A stretch of DNA of 64,000 nucleotides from an uncultured Bacillota bacterium (GCA_963804645.1 CAWDRG010000018.1:46116-110115); one strand, 5' to 3'; counted from the first letter of the stretch, positions 18,042 through 29,440 are shown. Numbers and translations: made by a program. The notes: generated by a model from the sequence alone, not told the origin.

Positions 18042-20486
18042 GTGAACAAGCCGCCTCAAACGTCTGGGACGCCCCGGTCCGGGCCGGGGAAGAGGGCGCG
18101 GAAGCCGCCGTCGCGCGGTCCGTGGAAAGCCGTCGGGCGCCTGGCGATGGTCGTCGCGGCCGGTGCCGTCGCGGTTGCCCTGGTCCTGGGGGGACTCGTC
18201 GTCGGGGCGGCGATCTCGATCGCCGCGCACTTGCCGTCCGTGGACGCGCTGTATTCCCCTCCGAGCGAGGCCACCCGCATCTACGCGGCGAGCGGCGAGC
18301 TGATCGCCAGTCTCTACCAGGAGAATCGCGACAGCGTATCGCTGTCGGCCATGCCGGTCGCCCTGCAGCGCGCCGTCGTGGACACCGAGGACGCGGACTT
18401 CTACCGAAACCCCGGGATCTCGGTGCGCGGGATCCTGCGGGCCGGACTGCGGAATGCGCTCGAGGGCGGATACGCTGAAGGCGGCAGCACGATCACGCAG
18501 CAGCTCGCCCGCAACCTGTTCCTCACCAGCCAGAAGTCGCTGACGCGCAAGATCGCCGAGATCATGCTCGCCGTCCAGATCGAGCGGCGGCTGACCAAAG
18601 ACGAGATTCTCCAGCGCTATCTCAACCAGGTGTACCTGGGCGAGGGCGCCTACGGCGTCGAGACCGCGGCCGAGGTGTACTTCGGCAAGCCGGCCAAGGA
18701 CTTGACCCTGCCGCAGTCCGCGATGCTCGCGGGCCTGATCCGCGCGCCGTCCCTCTACTCGCCGTACGAGCATCCCGCCCGGGCGCATGAGCGGCAGGCC
18801 GAAGTGCTGCAGCGCATGGTGGACCGCGGAGACCTCACCGACGCGCAGATGCGCACCGCCCTGGCGTCGCCGCTCCAGCTCGCGGCGAAGGGCAACGGCG
18901 GCCTGATCGGCGTCCGCGCGCCGTACTTCGTGAGCTACATCCTGCCGGGGCTGATCCAGCGCTACGGCGAGGACGAGCTGTACAAGGGCGGGCTGCGCAT
19001 CTATACGACGCTCGACCTCGACCTCGAAGCGAAGGCCACGGCGGCGCTCCGCCAGGGGATCGACGCCGCGCAGCGGCAGCACGAGAACGTGAGTCAGGGC
19101 GCGATCGTCATGGTCGACCCGCAGACCGGGGCGATCCGCGCGATGGTCGGCGGCTACGACTTTCGCACGAGCCAGTTCAACCGGGCGTGGCAGGCGCACC
19201 GCCAGCCGGGCTCGGCGTTCAAGCCGTTCACGTACACGGTCGCCCTGATGCAGGGGATGTCGCCGTCGCATCTCGTGCTCGACGCGCCGATCGAGTTTCA
19301 GCTGCCGGACGGCAAGGTGTGGAAGCCGCTGGACTACGACCGGACGTTCCACGGATGGATCACGGCGCGCTACGCGGTGGAGAACTCGATCAACACCGCG
19401 GCCATTCGGGTGGAGCAGCAGGTCGGCCCGCGCGCGATCGTCCGGCTCGCACAGCGGATGGGCATTCAAAGCCCGCTCGAACCAACGCTGTCGCTGACGC
19501 TCGGGGCCTCCGACGTCACGCCGCTCGAGATGACGACCGCGTACGGGGTGTTCGCCGACAACGGCATCCGGGCGGATCCGATGCCGATCCTCAAGGTCAC
19601 CGACGCGAGCGGCAAGGTGCTGGAGGATCACACCCCGGTCCGCACGGTCGTGTTGAGCCCTGAGGTCGCGTACGTGATGACCGACATGCTGAAGGGCGTG
19701 ATCCTGCGGGGCACGGGCGTCGCGGCGAACATCGGCATTCCGTCCGCGGGCAAGACCGGGACCGCCGACGACTACCGCAACGCGTGGTTCATCGGGTACA
19801 CGCCGTACCTGGTCACCACCGTCTGGGTCGGCAACGACGACGACTCCGCGATGAACAAGGTGACGGGCGGCGAGGTGCCCGCGGGGATTTGGGCGGCGCT
19901 GATGAAGCAGGCGACCGCGACGATGCCGCACGACGACTGGACCCAGCCCGACGGCGTCGTGCAGGAAGCCGTCTGCGGCAACACCGGACTGCTCGCGGGG
20001 CCGGGATGTCCCAATCCTCACACCGAACTGTTCATCAAGGGCATGGAGCCGGCGACGTACGCGCCTCCGCCGGCGCCAGCCGTGACTCCGGCGGCCGCGG
20101 CGAACGCGGCGCAGCCCGCGACCGCCGTGGGGACCCAGCCCGCCGGCGATGCGGCGTCGACGCCCGCGGTGGCGGCATCCGACGGACCGCTCGCGGTGAC
20201 GCTGTCCACGCCGGCCGACGGGAGTCAGGTCCCGATGCCGTTCATGGTCCAGGGGACGACGCAGCCGGCGGCGACCGTCCATATCGTGGTGCAGGCGCAG
20301 GGGTTCCCGGCGGGCATGTCGGGCGCCCAGGTGGCGGACGTGTACCTGCGCGCCGACTCGTCGGGGGCGTTTGCGTTTCAGGTGAGACCATGGACCACGT
20401 CGACGGCAGCTGCGTACGTGGTGACGGTGACCGCGTCGATGGGGCTGCAGAGCGGTACGGCGACGGTGACGGTGAAGCCGCAGTAG
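18042..20486 (+). CDS. Class A penicillin-binding protein (PBP1A family) with C-terminal beta-rich domain
   Basis: EDADF, GGSTITQQL, RKIAE; SAFK, SIN, KTG motifs. Confidence 0.92.
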   Translation: MNKPPQTSGTPRSGPGKRARKPPSRGPWKAVGRLAMVVAAGAVAVALVLGGLVVGAAISIAAHLPSVDALYSPPSEATRIYAASGELIASLYQENRDSVSLSAMPVALQRAVVDTEDADFYRNPGISVRGILRAGLRNALEGGYAEGGSTITQQLARNLFLTSQKSLTRKIAEIMLAVQIERRLTKDEILQRYLNQVYLGEGAYGVETAAEVYFGKPAKDLTLPQSAMLAGLIRAPSLYSPYEHPARAHERQAEVLQRMVDRGDLTDAQMRTALASPLQLAAKGNGGLIGVRAPYFVSYILPGLIQRYGEDELYKGGLRIYTTLDLDLEAKATAALRQGIDAAQRQHENVSQGAIVMVDPQTGAIRAMVGGYDFRTSQFNRAWQAHRQPGSAFKPFTYTVALMQGMSPSHLVLDAPIEFQLPDGKVWKPLDYDRTFHGWITARYAVENSINTAAIRVEQQVGPRAIVRLAQRMGIQSPLEPTLSLTLGASDVTPLEMTTAYGVFADNGIRADPMPILKVTDASGKVLEDHTPVRTVVLSPEVAYVMTDMLKGVILRGTGVAANIGIPSAGKTGTADDYRNAWFIGYTPYLVTTVWVGNDDDSAMNKVTGGEVPAGIWAALMKQATATMPHDDWTQPDGVVQEAVCGNTGLLAGPGCPNPHTELFIKGMEPATYAPPPAPAVTPAAAANAAQPATAVGTQPAGDAASTPAVAASDGPLAVTLSTPADGSQVPMPFMVQGTTQPAATVHIVVQAQGFPAGMSGAQVADVYLRADSSGAFAFQVRPWTTSTAAAYVVTVTASMGLQSGTATVTVKPQ

Positions 20487-20620
20487 CGACGACATGCCGG
20501 CAGGTCGCGGCGGCCCCGGGCGCCTTGCGCGCCACGGGGCCGCCAGTCTATAGTAGATGGTGGATACGCTCCGCGGGGCCGGGAGTGCGGGTGCGCGGTC
20601 GACGATCGAGGGGGTTTATT

Positions 20621-21361
20621 GTGTCCGGACACTCAAAGTGGCACAACATCAAGATCAAAAAGGGCAAGACGGACCAGCAGCGCGGGAAGTTGTTCAGCAA
20701 GCTGGCCCGGGAGATCATCATTGCCGCCAAGGATGGGGGCGCGGATCCGAGCGGCAACATGCGGCTGCGCGCCGCGATCGACCGCGCACGCGAGGCCAGC
20801 ATGCCCAACGACAACATCAAGCGCGCGGTGGCGCGGGGGGCCGGCGGCGCCGAGGGCGAGAGCTACGAGGAGGTCACCTACGAGGGGATGGGCCCCGGGG
20901 GCGTCGCTGTGCTGGTCGAGGTGCAGACCGACAACCGCAACCGGACCGTGTCCGAGATCCGGAACGTGCTGACCAAGGCGGGCGGAGCGATGGGGGCGTC
21001 GGTCGCGTGGATGTTTGAGAAGCGGGGGCTGATTACGATCCCGCGCGCGGCGGCCTCCGAGGATGAGGTGCTGGCCAAGGCGGTCGACGCCGGCGCGGAA
21101 GACATGAAGACCGTCGGGGATGAGTACGAGATCACGACGGCGCCCGAGGACTTCGCCGCGGTGCGGAAGGCGCTCGAAGACGCCGGCTACAAGCCCGCGT
21201 CCGCCGAGATCACGATGGTGCCGAAGACGACGGTGCCCCTCGCCGGCAAAGAAGCGCAGCAGGTGCTCCGGCTGATGGAGACGCTCGAAGACCACGACGA
21301 CGTGCAGCACGTGTACGCGAACTTTGACATTCCCGATGAAGTGCTGCAGCAGGTCGGATGA
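20621..21361 (+). CDS. yebC: YebC/PmpR family protein
   Basis: SGHSKWHNIK, YEGMGPGG, TDNRNRT, DDVQHVYAN. Confidence 0.95.
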   Translation: MSGHSKWHNIKIKKGKTDQQRGKLFSKLAREIIIAAKDGGADPSGNMRLRAAIDRAREASMPNDNIKRAVARGAGGAEGESYEEVTYEGMGPGGVAVLVEVQTDNRNRTVSEIRNVLTKAGGAMGASVAWMFEKRGLITIPRAAASEDEVLAKAVDAGAEDMKTVGDEYEITTAPEDFAAVRKALEDAGYKPASAEITMVPKTTVPLAGKEAQQVLRLMETLEDHDDVQHVYANFDIPDEVLQQVG

Positions 21362-21374
21362 GCGGAGGACGTCG

Positions 21375-21836
21375 ATGGGACTTCGCGAGAACGTACAGGC
21401 CGGGTACCAGCTGATCTGGAACACCGCGCAGAAGAACGTGGAGGCGATGCCCGACGGCGGGATGGAGTTCACGCCGCCGGGGCTGGACACCCGGCCGTTC
21501 CGGGCGATCGCGGTGCACATGGCGAACGCGAGCGTGATGTTCGGGGAGAACATCGGCAAGGCGACGTGGGAGCGGATCGTCACCTATCCCATGGACAAGC
21601 CGATGGCGAAGGCAGACGTGCTGGCGACCATGCGCCAAGCGGGGGAGCGATTCCTGGCCGGCCTCTCCCGGCTCACGGACGAGGAGGCGGCCCGCACCGT
21701 GCGCGTGCCATGGGGCGCCGAGATGCTGCAGGGCGCCGTCGTCGCGGCGAACGTGTCGCACCTGTTCTACCACAACGGCCAGCTCTCCATTTATCTCCGG
21801 ATGCAGGGGGTCCAACCGCTGTTTCTCGCTCGGTAG
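21375..21836 (+). CDS. DinB/YfiT superfamily protein
   Basis: VHMA and HLFYHNGQLSIYLRMQG. Confidence 0.8.
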   Translation: MGLRENVQAGYQLIWNTAQKNVEAMPDGGMEFTPPGLDTRPFRAIAVHMANASVMFGENIGKATWERIVTYPMDKPMAKADVLATMRQAGERFLAGLSRLTDEEAARTVRVPWGAEMLQGAVVAANVSHLFYHNGQLSIYLRMQGVQPLFLAR

Positions 21837-21945
21837 GCTCCGGACGCCGCGCCGCCGGAGGAATGTCCGGCCAGGCGGCGAACGTTGGTTCGTGGGTGCG
21901 CCGCACCGGCGCAGCCGTGATCCACGCCGACTCGGAGCCGTGTGC

Positions 21946-22456
21946 ATGCGCATTCTTGGAATCGATCCGGGACTCTATCTGACCGGGTACGGGATCGTCG
22001 AGACGACAGGGCGCGGGATCGCCCTCGTGGAAGCCGGGTTGATCCGCACCGAACGTCCGGGCGTCGCTGCCGGATCGGCTCCACGAGCTGTACGCCGGCG
22101 TCCGAGACGTGCTGGCCGACGGCCGCCCGACCGCGATCGCCCTCGAGGACGTCTTTGTCCACCCCGCATTTCCCAGAGCGGCTATCATCATGGGGCACGT
22201 GTGCGGGGTCATCGGTCTGAGCGCCGCGCAGGCGCGCGTGCCCGTGGACACGATCCCGCCCGCGGCCGTGAAGCGCGCGATGGTGGCGTTCGGGCAGGCC
22301 GGCAAGCGCCAGGTGCAGCGCATGGTCCGCGTGCTGCTGGACCTCGACGACGAGCCAAGCTCGCACGTGGCCGATGCGCTGGCGCTCGCGCTCGTCGCGG
22401 CTTCGCGCCGGGGCGCCGTGCTGGGCGCCGCGGCGGGCGTCCGAGGGTCCGCGTGA
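21946..22456 (+). CDS. ruvC: Holliday junction resolvase RuvC, frameshifted near 22060-22080
   Basis: MRILGIDPG..TGYG in one frame; ALEDVF, GQAGKRQVQRMV, ADALALA in another. Confidence 0.85.
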
Positions 22457-23085
22457 TCGCGTTTCTGCGCGGCCCGATCGTGCGGCGCACCGACGAGTTC
22501 CTGGTCATCGAATGCGGGGGCGTCGGGTATGAAGTGCACCTCCCCGGATTCCTTCGCGACCTCCTGCGCAGCGATCCTCAGCACATCGGCGAGACGGCCG
22601 AGCTGCACGTGTCGTACCACGTGTCCGCGAATCAGCCGCGCCCGCTGCTGGTGGGGTTTCTGCGTGAGATCGAGCAGGAATTTTTCGAGCGGTTCATCAC
22701 GGTCGACGGGTTGGGCCCCACGAAGGCGATGAAGGCGATCGTGCATCCGGTCGAACAAGTCGCGGACGCGATCGAGCGCAAAGACGTGGCGTTTCTCCGC
22801 CGGCTCCCGGGGATCGGCGGGCGGACCGCCGAGAAGATCGTCGCGTCGCTTAACGGGAAGATGGGCAAGTACGCGCTGCTGCGCACCGAAGCCGCGGTCC
22901 CGGCCGAGGCGACCGCCGAGGACTTCCGCGAGGAGGTGCTCGAGGTGCTCACCGGACAGCTCGGGCACCGCAGCACCGAAGCCAAGCGCATGGTCGACGA
23001 GGCGCTGCGGCGCAACCCCGCGATCGCGTCGGCGGAGGACCTGTTCCAAGAAGTGTACCGTGCGGAGCGGGGGGCCCCGGCGTGA
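22453..23085 (+). CDS. ruvA: Holliday junction branch migration protein RuvA
   Basis: [26 protein letters not shown]. Confidence 0.9.
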   Translation: MIAFLRGPIVRRTDEFLVIECGGVGYEVHLPGFLRDLLRSDPQHIGETAELHVSYHVSANQPRPLLVGFLREIEQEFFERFITVDGLGPTKAMKAIVHPVEQVADAIERKDVAFLRRLPGIGGRTAEKIVASLNGKMGKYALLRTEAAVPAEATAEDFREEVLEVLTGQLGHRSTEAKRMVDEALRRNPAIASAEDLFQEVYRAERGAPA

Positions 23086-24154
23086 CGCGCGAGCGCGTCG
23101 CCGGCGGGAAGCCGGTGTCCCGTCCGGGGGGGCGGTGCCGCCGCCGGCGGCGGGGGCGGAGGACGAGCAGCTCATCCGCAGCCTGCGGCCCAAGCGGCTC
23201 GATGAGTGCATCGGGCAGGCGCGCGTGATCAGCGCGCTGAAGATCGGCCTCCAGGCGGCGCGCGATCGGGGCGAGGCGCTCGACCACGTGCTGCTGCACG
23301 GGCCGCCCGGCTTGGGTAAGACGACCTTCGCGAACGTGATCGCGACCGAGATGGCGACGGGGATTGTGACCACGTCGGGGCCCGCGCTCGAGCGGGGCGG
23401 CGACCTGATGGGGATCCTCACGAACCTGAACCGGGGCGACGTCCTGTTTATCGATGAGATCCATCGGCTGCCGCGGGCGGTGGAGGAGTTTCTGTATCCT
23501 GCGATGGAGGACTTCTGCGTCAATTTCGTCATCGAGAAGGGCGCGCACGCGCGGTCGCTGCGCTACACATTGCGCCCGTTTACGCTCGTGGGCGCGACGA
23601 CGCGGGCGGGGCTGCTCTCGTCGCCGCTGCGCGATCGGTTTGGGATCACCCAGCACTTGGACTTTTATCCGGTGGAGGACCTGACGCGCGTGGTGCACCG
23701 CTCGGCTTCAATCCTGGGGGTCCCCGTGACCGACGAGGGGGCGGCGGAGATCGCCCGCCGCTCCCGCGGCACGCCGCGGATCGCGAACCGTCTCCTGCGG
23801 CGCGTCCGCGACTTCGCCCAGGTCCGCTCCGATGGGGCGATCTCGGTGGAGATCGCGCGGGAGGCGCTCGAGTTCGAGGGCGTCGACCCGCTCGGGCTCG
23901 ACGGGCAGGATCGGGACGTGCTGCGGACCATCATCCAGGTGTACGGGGGCGGTCCGGTCGGCATCGAGGCCCTCGCGGCGACGCTCAATGAAGAGGTGGA
24001 CAGCCTCGTCGAGATGGTGGAGCCGTACCTCCTGAAGATCGGATTCCTGACGCGCACCCAGGCGGGCCGACGGGTGACGGCGCAGGCGGCGGAACATCTC
24101 GGCCTCGCGGTGCCGGAGCGCGGCGGTCGCGGGCAGGGCACGCTGTTTTCGTAG
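23060..24154 (+). CDS. ruvB: Holliday junction helicase RuvB (true start uncertain; possible frameshift in G-run after GTG 23082)
   Basis: [44 protein letters not shown]. Confidence 0.95.
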   Translation: MRSGGPRRDARARRRREAGVPSGGAVPPPAAGAEDEQLIRSLRPKRLDECIGQARVISALKIGLQAARDRGEALDHVLLHGPPGLGKTTFANVIATEMATGIVTTSGPALERGGDLMGILTNLNRGDVLFIDEIHRLPRAVEEFLYPAMEDFCVNFVIEKGAHARSLRYTLRPFTLVGATTRAGLLSSPLRDRFGITQHLDFYPVEDLTRVVHRSASILGVPVTDEGAAEIARRSRGTPRIANRLLRRVRDFAQVRSDGAISVEIAREALEFEGVDPLGLDGQDRDVLRTIIQVYGGGPVGIEALAATLNEEVDSLVEMVEPYLLKIGFLTRTQAGRRVTAQAAEHLGLAVPERGGRGQGTLFS

Positions 24155-24156
24155 CC

Positions 24157-24366
24157 ATGCCGCAGATCGGACGGTTCCTCGTCACCCTCGGCGTCTTCCT
24201 GATCATCATTGGCGGGCTCGTCATGGTGCTGGGCGTGCTCCCGAGATTTCCGGGGGACATCTACGTGCAGCGGAAAGGCTTCACGCTCTACGTGCCGATC
24301 CTCGGAAGCCTGCTCCTGAGCATCGTGCTCACCATCCTCTTGAACCTGTTTTTCGCGCGGCGATGA
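24157..24366 (+). CDS. DUF2905 small membrane protein
   Basis: PGDIYVQRKGFTLYVPI..LLLSIVLT; usual position after ruvB. Confidence 0.8.
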   Translation: MPQIGRFLVTLGVFLIIIGGLVMVLGVLPRFPGDIYVQRKGFTLYVPILGSLLLSIVLTILLNLFFARR

Positions 24367-25508
24367 TGCGCCCGGTCCTGTGGATCGCGGTCGCGGCGGC
24401 CGTGGCGGTGCTCGGTGCGACGGCCCCGGGGCCGGCGCGGGCTACCGAGGAGATGATCGTGCGGGTGGCGGTCCAGGTCGATCAGCCCGCGGTGATGCTC
24501 GGCGCGGACGGGCCGGTGCAGATCGTGCAGACCGACACCGGGTCGGCGGTGACGCTCGCGGGGACCGCGTGGACGGTGACCCCATCGGCCGGCGGGTTGA
24601 GCATCGCCGGCACCGCGTTCGGCCAGACCGTACGCGTGTCGACGGGGACCGGCCTGCTGCGGATCGCCGGCAAGCCGTATCGGGGCACCATCGAGCTGCA
24701 GCGCAGTCCCCAGGGGCACGTCACCGCGATCGACGAGCTGCCGCTCGAGGCGTACCTGTACGGGGTGATCAAGGGCGAGATCGATCCGGGGTGGCCGCCG
24801 GCGGCCGTGCAGGCGCAGGCGGTGGCCGCCCGGACGCTCGCGGTCGAGCGCATCGCCGAAGTGCACGCGGGCGTCACGGGGTACGATCTCACCGCCACCA
24901 CCGACGCGCAGGTCTATCTCGGCGCGTCCGCCGAGACCCCCGCGGCGACGGCCGCGGTCGACACGACCCGGGGCCTCCTCGTCACCTACCAGGGCCAGCC
25001 GATTTTCGCGGCGTACCATTCGAACTCCGGCGGCCACACCGAAGACAGCGAGAATGTCTGGGGGACCGCCTATCCGTATCTGCGCGGGGTCGCCGATCCG
25101 TACGCGATGAGCGCCCCGAGCGTGAATTGGAGTGTGACGCTGCCGCTCGGGACGCTCGAGGCCACGCTGCAGCGGGGTCAGGTGCCGGTCGCCGGGCTCA
25201 GCGACGTGTCGCCCGGGCGCGTGACGCCCTGGGGGCGTGTGGTCACCGTGCGCCTGACCAGCGGAGACGGCTCGGTGCAGGAGATCAACGCCAATCGCTT
25301 CCGGCTGCTGGTTGGCGCCGGCGTGCTTCGGAGCACGATGTTCACCGTGCTCCGGGACGGCGCGGGGGAGGTGTTCTCCGGCCGGGGCTCCGGACACGGC
25401 GTGGGCCTCGATCAGTGGGGCGCGCGGGCGATGGCCGCGCAGGGGGCGACGTTCGATCAGATCCTGAAGTTTTACTACACCGGCGTCGGCATCGATCAGC
25501 TGTACTGA
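24363..25508 (+). CDS. SpoIID/LytB domain protein
   Basis: LEAYLYGV, AQAVAART, QVYLG, GHGVGLDQWGA, ILKFYY. Confidence 0.9.
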   Translation: MMRPVLWIAVAAAVAVLGATAPGPARATEEMIVRVAVQVDQPAVMLGADGPVQIVQTDTGSAVTLAGTAWTVTPSAGGLSIAGTAFGQTVRVSTGTGLLRIAGKPYRGTIELQRSPQGHVTAIDELPLEAYLYGVIKGEIDPGWPPAAVQAQAVAARTLAVERIAEVHAGVTGYDLTATTDAQVYLGASAETPAATAAVDTTRGLLVTYQGQPIFAAYHSNSGGHTEDSENVWGTAYPYLRGVADPYAMSAPSVNWSVTLPLGTLEATLQRGQVPVAGLSDVSPGRVTPWGRVVTVRLTSGDGSVQEINANRFRLLVGAGVLRSTMFTVLRDGAGEVFSGRGSGHGVGLDQWGARAMAAQGATFDQILKFYYTGVGIDQLY

Positions 25509-25639
25509 TGGCGTGGGCGCCGCCGCCGCGTCTCACGCGGACGGCGGCGGGTCCGAACGCGCCGCCCGCGCTCGGCGCGGCGCACGCGCGGGGGTCGCGC
25601 GTCTCCTGATCCCGACCGCCGGCGCGGCGGCCTGCGCGT

Positions 25640-26566
25640 CTACCCCGCCGACGGAGACGGAGCCCTCGGGTTCGGCAGCGGCGTGAGCGTCCGCTCCAGC
25701 TGCGGCCGCAGCGGCTCGAACGTCGGCGGCAGCGAGAGCGACTCGCCGAGATGCGCGAGCGGCTCGTCGACGGTGAATCCGGGCCCGGCCGTGGCGATCT
25801 CGAACAGGATGCCGCTCGGCTCTCGGAAGTAGATCGACCGGAAGTAGAAGCGGTCGATGACCGGCGTGGCGTGCCCGCCCGCCCGGATCACGCGCTCGCG
25901 CCATGCGTCGTGCTCGTCCATCGTGGAGGACCACGCGACGTGGTGGACGGTGCCGGCGCCGGCTCGGCCCATGCCCGGCGCGCGATCATACGTGTACGTC
26001 GCGCCGCGGGTGGCGCCCCTGGCCTCGAACCGCGCGGTCCCGTCCGCCCGGAATCCGACCGCCTCGTCGAGGAAGCGGCGGCTGCGGTCCGGGTCGCTCG
26101 CGTAGGCCCGCACGCCGTCGAACCCCTGCAGCGCAAACTCGATCGGAATCGCGGGGTGCACGGCGACGAGCGGCGCATCGTCCACCGTTGAGACGCGGAG
26201 TTCATGCGCGAGCCCCTCGGGATCGTCGAAGCGCAGACCGCCGTCCTCCCACCGCGCCTCGATGCGCTCGTTCCGCAGCCGCGAGGTCCAGAACTCGAGC
26301 GCGTCCGCGGTCCCGACGCGCCAGACGATGCGGTGCACCATCCCATCGCCCGCGCGCCCGCGCGGCGCGCCCGGATACTCGAAGAACGTCAGGTCGGCCC
26401 CCGGGCTGCCGTGTTCGTCCGCGTAAAACAGATGGTATGCGGTCGGGTCGTCCTGATTGACGGTCTTTTTGACCAGCCGCAGCCCGAGCACGCGCGTGTA
26501 GAAGTCGAGATTGCCCCGCGCGTCGCCCGTGACGGCGCTGATGTGGTGGATCCCGTTCAGCGTCAT
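25640..26566 (-). CDS. VOC family ring-cleaving dioxygenase (MhqO-like)
   Basis: GIHHIS, LVKKTVNQDDP, HHVAW, DRFYFRSIYFREP. Confidence 0.9.
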   Translation of the reverse strand: MTLNGIHHISAVTGDARGNLDFYTRVLGLRLVKKTVNQDDPTAYHLFYADEHGSPGADLTFFEYPGAPRGRAGDGMVHRIVWRVGTADALEFWTSRLRNERIEARWEDGGLRFDDPEGLAHELRVSTVDDAPLVAVHPAIPIEFALQGFDGVRAYASDPDRSRRFLDEAVGFRADGTARFEARGATRGATYTYDRAPGMGRAGAGTVHHVAWSSTMDEHDAWRERVIRAGGHATPVIDRFYFRSIYFREPSGILFEIATAGPGFTVDEPLAHLGESLSLPPTFEPLRPQLERTLTPLPNPRAPSPSAG

Positions 26567-26661
26567 GGAGCGCCTCCGCCTGCGTTCTGGGTGCGTCTGT
26601 TACTACCGCGCGGCGGCCACGTCTATTCCCGACGGCGGCCGGGCCGGGCGCCGCGTGACGG

Positions 26662-27444
26662 TCAGCGTCCGAGGGCGTCGAGGCGCGCCATGTCCTCGGG
26701 GGAGATCATGAAGTCAAAGACGTCGGCGTTCTCGCGGATGTGGTCCCGCTGGCTCGACTTCGGCAGCGGCACCGTGCCGTGCTGCAGGGCCCACCGGACG
26801 AGGATCTGGGCCGGGGATTTCTCGTACGCCTGCGCGAGTGCGGCGACGCGCTGGTCCCCGAGACGGTGTCCCCGCGTCAGGGGGCTGTAGGCTTCCACGA
26901 CGATGTGCTCTCGCGCGCAGTACTCGAGCAGCCGCGCGTCGTACCCGAACGGCGAGCACGGCACCTGGTTGACCGCCGGGCGGACGCGGGCGGCGCGCAG
27001 GATGTCGCCCACTTGTCGGACCGAGTGATTGCTGACGCCGATCGCCCTGCACCGGCCGTCGCCGACGAGTTGCTCCATTCCCTTCCAGGTCCGGGTCACG
27101 AGGCCCGGCGTGGGCCAGTGCACGAGGTACAGATCGATGTAGTCGAGGCCGAGCCTCGCGAGGCTCCCCTCGAACGCCCGCCGCACGTGCAGTTGCTCGG
27201 TCGGCCACAGTTTGGTGGTCACCCACACCTGCTCACGGGGAAGACGGCTCTGGCGGACGGCCTCGCCGACGCTCGCTTCGTTGCCGTAGAACTTGGCCGT
27301 ATCGACATGGCGGTAGCCGGCGTCGAGCGCCCACGCGACCGCCTCGACGGTTGGCGCGCCGTCTGGAATCTCCCACACACCGAGGCCGAGCACCGGGATC
27401 GCGGTGCCGTTGTTGAGCGGACGCGTGGACTGAGCGGATTCCAT
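26662..27444 (-). CDS. Aldo/keto reductase
   Basis: GYRHVDTA, DLYLVHWP, AIGVSN, AYSPL, LPKS. Confidence 0.92.
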   Translation of the reverse strand: MESAQSTRPLNNGTAIPVLGLGVWEIPDGAPTVEAVAWALDAGYRHVDTAKFYGNEASVGEAVRQSRLPREQVWVTTKLWPTEQLHVRRAFEGSLARLGLDYIDLYLVHWPTPGLVTRTWKGMEQLVGDGRCRAIGVSNHSVRQVGDILRAARVRPAVNQVPCSPFGYDARLLEYCAREHIVVEAYSPLTRGHRLGDQRVAALAQAYEKSPAQILVRWALQHGTVPLPKSSQRDHIRENADVFDFMISPEDMARLDALGR

Positions 27445-27699
27445 GACTCCCTCCGCGACGCGGCGTCGTCTGGAGCCTATTATACGAGCCGCCGGCGCGT
27501 CCGGCGACGCGCGCGACTAGGCGTCCGCATAGGCATGCGTGCCGGTGCCACACCGGATGACCGCGCGTTCCCGTGGTCCACTGTCTCCTCGGGCGATCGC
27601 TCCCTTAAGGACCACGCCGGTCCGGATGTCCCATGGTTCGGGTCCTGCGACGGACGTACGCTCACCTTGGGCAATCGAAGTGCAACAGAGGTGTGCAAG

Positions 27700-28266
27700 A
27701 TGATCACTCGTTTCGTCCGGGGGGCCGAGGCCGGCCACACGCTGATTGAACTGACGGTGACCACGGCGCTCATCGGATTGATGGTGAGTCTGATGATGCC
27801 GGCGTTTCAGGGCTATCAGGAAAACTCGCAGGTGCGGACGGTCGCGTGGGAAGCGGTCACGCAGATGCGGCGGGCGCAGATGACGGCCGAGGCGCTCGAC
27901 GAGCAAATGAACGTGCTGTTCGATCCCACCGGCGACCTTCCATCGCGCGGCGACGTGCAGGGGTGGGAGATCTGCGCGCCCGGCGCGAGCTGCTCGTTCT
28001 CGTCCACGTGGTCCACGTCGGATCCGGCGCTGATGCGGACCATCGTGCCGAACTCCGTGAACATGACGGCGTACTGCTACCGGGGGGCCTACACCCCGAC
28101 CGGCACGTACCTGAACTGGACCGGCGTGTGCTCGAGTCCCGGGACCTCCACCGAAGCGATGTGCTTCAACAGCATCGCGGCGAACCCGACCAAGATCTAC
28201 GTGACCATCCAGCTCGCCACGGGTGGTACGACCCTGAGCGGGGTGAAGTCCGGCACCTGTCCGTAG
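27700..28266 (+). CDS. Type IV pilin/pseudopilin-like protein
   Basis: Prepilin motif G|HTLIELTV with E5 and hydrophobic helix; Cys-rich C-terminus. Confidence 0.75.
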   Translation: MITRFVRGAEAGHTLIELTVTTALIGLMVSLMMPAFQGYQENSQVRTVAWEAVTQMRRAQMTAEALDEQMNVLFDPTGDLPSRGDVQGWEICAPGASCSFSSTWSTSDPALMRTIVPNSVNMTAYCYRGAYTPTGTYLNWTGVCSSPGTSTEAMCFNSIAANPTKIYVTIQLATGGTTLSGVKSGTCP

Positions 28267-28370
28267 CGACCGACCTGCCTGCGCCGGGACCCGGCACGGC
28301 CGCACGGACCTTCGCCTGGGATCCCTCCCGCCGGGCGCAGGCATGGCGCCCGAGTTGCTACGATAGCGGC

Positions 28371-29394
28371 ATGCGCTTGGCGGACTTCGACTACACGCTG
28401 CCCCGCGACCGGATCGCGCAGTCGCCCGCGGTCCCGCGAGACAGTGCGCGGCTCCTCGTGCTGTCCCGCGCGAACGGAGCGATCGCGCACCGCGCGTTCC
28501 GGGATCTCCCGGACGCGCTGCGGCCGGGTGATGTCCTCGTGCTGAACAACACGCGCGTCCTGCCCGCGCGGCTCCGCGGTCGCCGGGACACCGGCGGGGC
28601 GGTGGAACTGCTCCTCCTGCGCCCCGCCGGCGACCACGCCTGGGAGGCGCTCGTGCGGCCGGGTCGGCGGGTTGCGTGACGGGCAGCGCCTGATCTTCGG
28701 GGATGGCCTCCTCGAGGCGACCGCTGGCCCGCGGACGTCCACCGGGCTGCGCGTCGTGACGCTGGAGTGCCGGGGTGACCTCATGACCGTCCTCCGCGAG
28801 ATCGGAGAGATGCCGGTGCCGCCGTACATCGAACGGCGTCTCGACGATCCGGAGGCGTATCAGACGGTCTACGCGGAGCACGAGGGCGCCGTGGCGGCGC
28901 CGACCGCCGGGCTGCACTTCACGCGCGCGCTGCTCGAGACGGTGCGGACGCGCGGCGTCGACCTCGCGGTGGTGACGCTGCACGTGGGGCTCGGGACCTT
29001 CCGCGCGGTCGAGGTCGACGATGTGACCGCGCACCGGATGGACGCCGAGTGGTACGAGGTTCCCCAGGCCGCCGCAGACGCGGTGAACCGGGCGCGCGCG
29101 CGGGGCGGGCGCGTCGTGGTGGTCGGGACCACCGGCGTGCGCACGCTGGAGTCGGTCGCCCGAGATGACGGGACGGTGCAGGCGGGGAGCGGGTGGACGG
29201 ACCTCTTCATCACGCCGGGGTTCCGGTTTCGCACGACCGACGCGCTGATCACGAACTTCCACCTGCCGCGGACGACGCTGCTCATGCTCGTGAGTGCCTT
29301 CGCGGGCCGGGAACGCGTGCTCGCGGCGTACGAGGTGGCCGTCCGGGAGGGGTACCGCTTCTACAGTTTTGGAGACGCGATGCTGATCGCGTAG
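28371..29394 (+). CDS. queA: tRNA preQ1 S-adenosylmethionine ribosyltransferase-isomerase, frameshifted near 28670
   Basis: DFDYTLP..IAQ, NNTRVLPARL in frame 1; PPYI, AAPTAGLHF, TNFHLP, YRFYSFGDAM in frame 2. Confidence 0.9.
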
Positions 29395-29440
29395 CCGCGC
29401 GCGATCGCGGCGACGCGGCCGCGGCCACCGTGCGAGTGCG

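Noticed and set aside
16770..20495. 1241-aa minus-strand ORF
   Set aside because: Only the last ~347 aa (Ldh_2) are real; the rest is the antisense shadow of PBP1A in high-GC DNA.
21892..23085. Apparent RuvC-RuvA fusion
   Set aside because: A frameshift in ruvC puts its N-terminus in frame with ruvA.
27660..27695. c-di-GMP-II riboswitch-like words (TGGGCA..AGTGCAAC) upstream of the pilin
   Set aside because: Spacing too short; GCAC pseudoknot partner and flanking stems missing.
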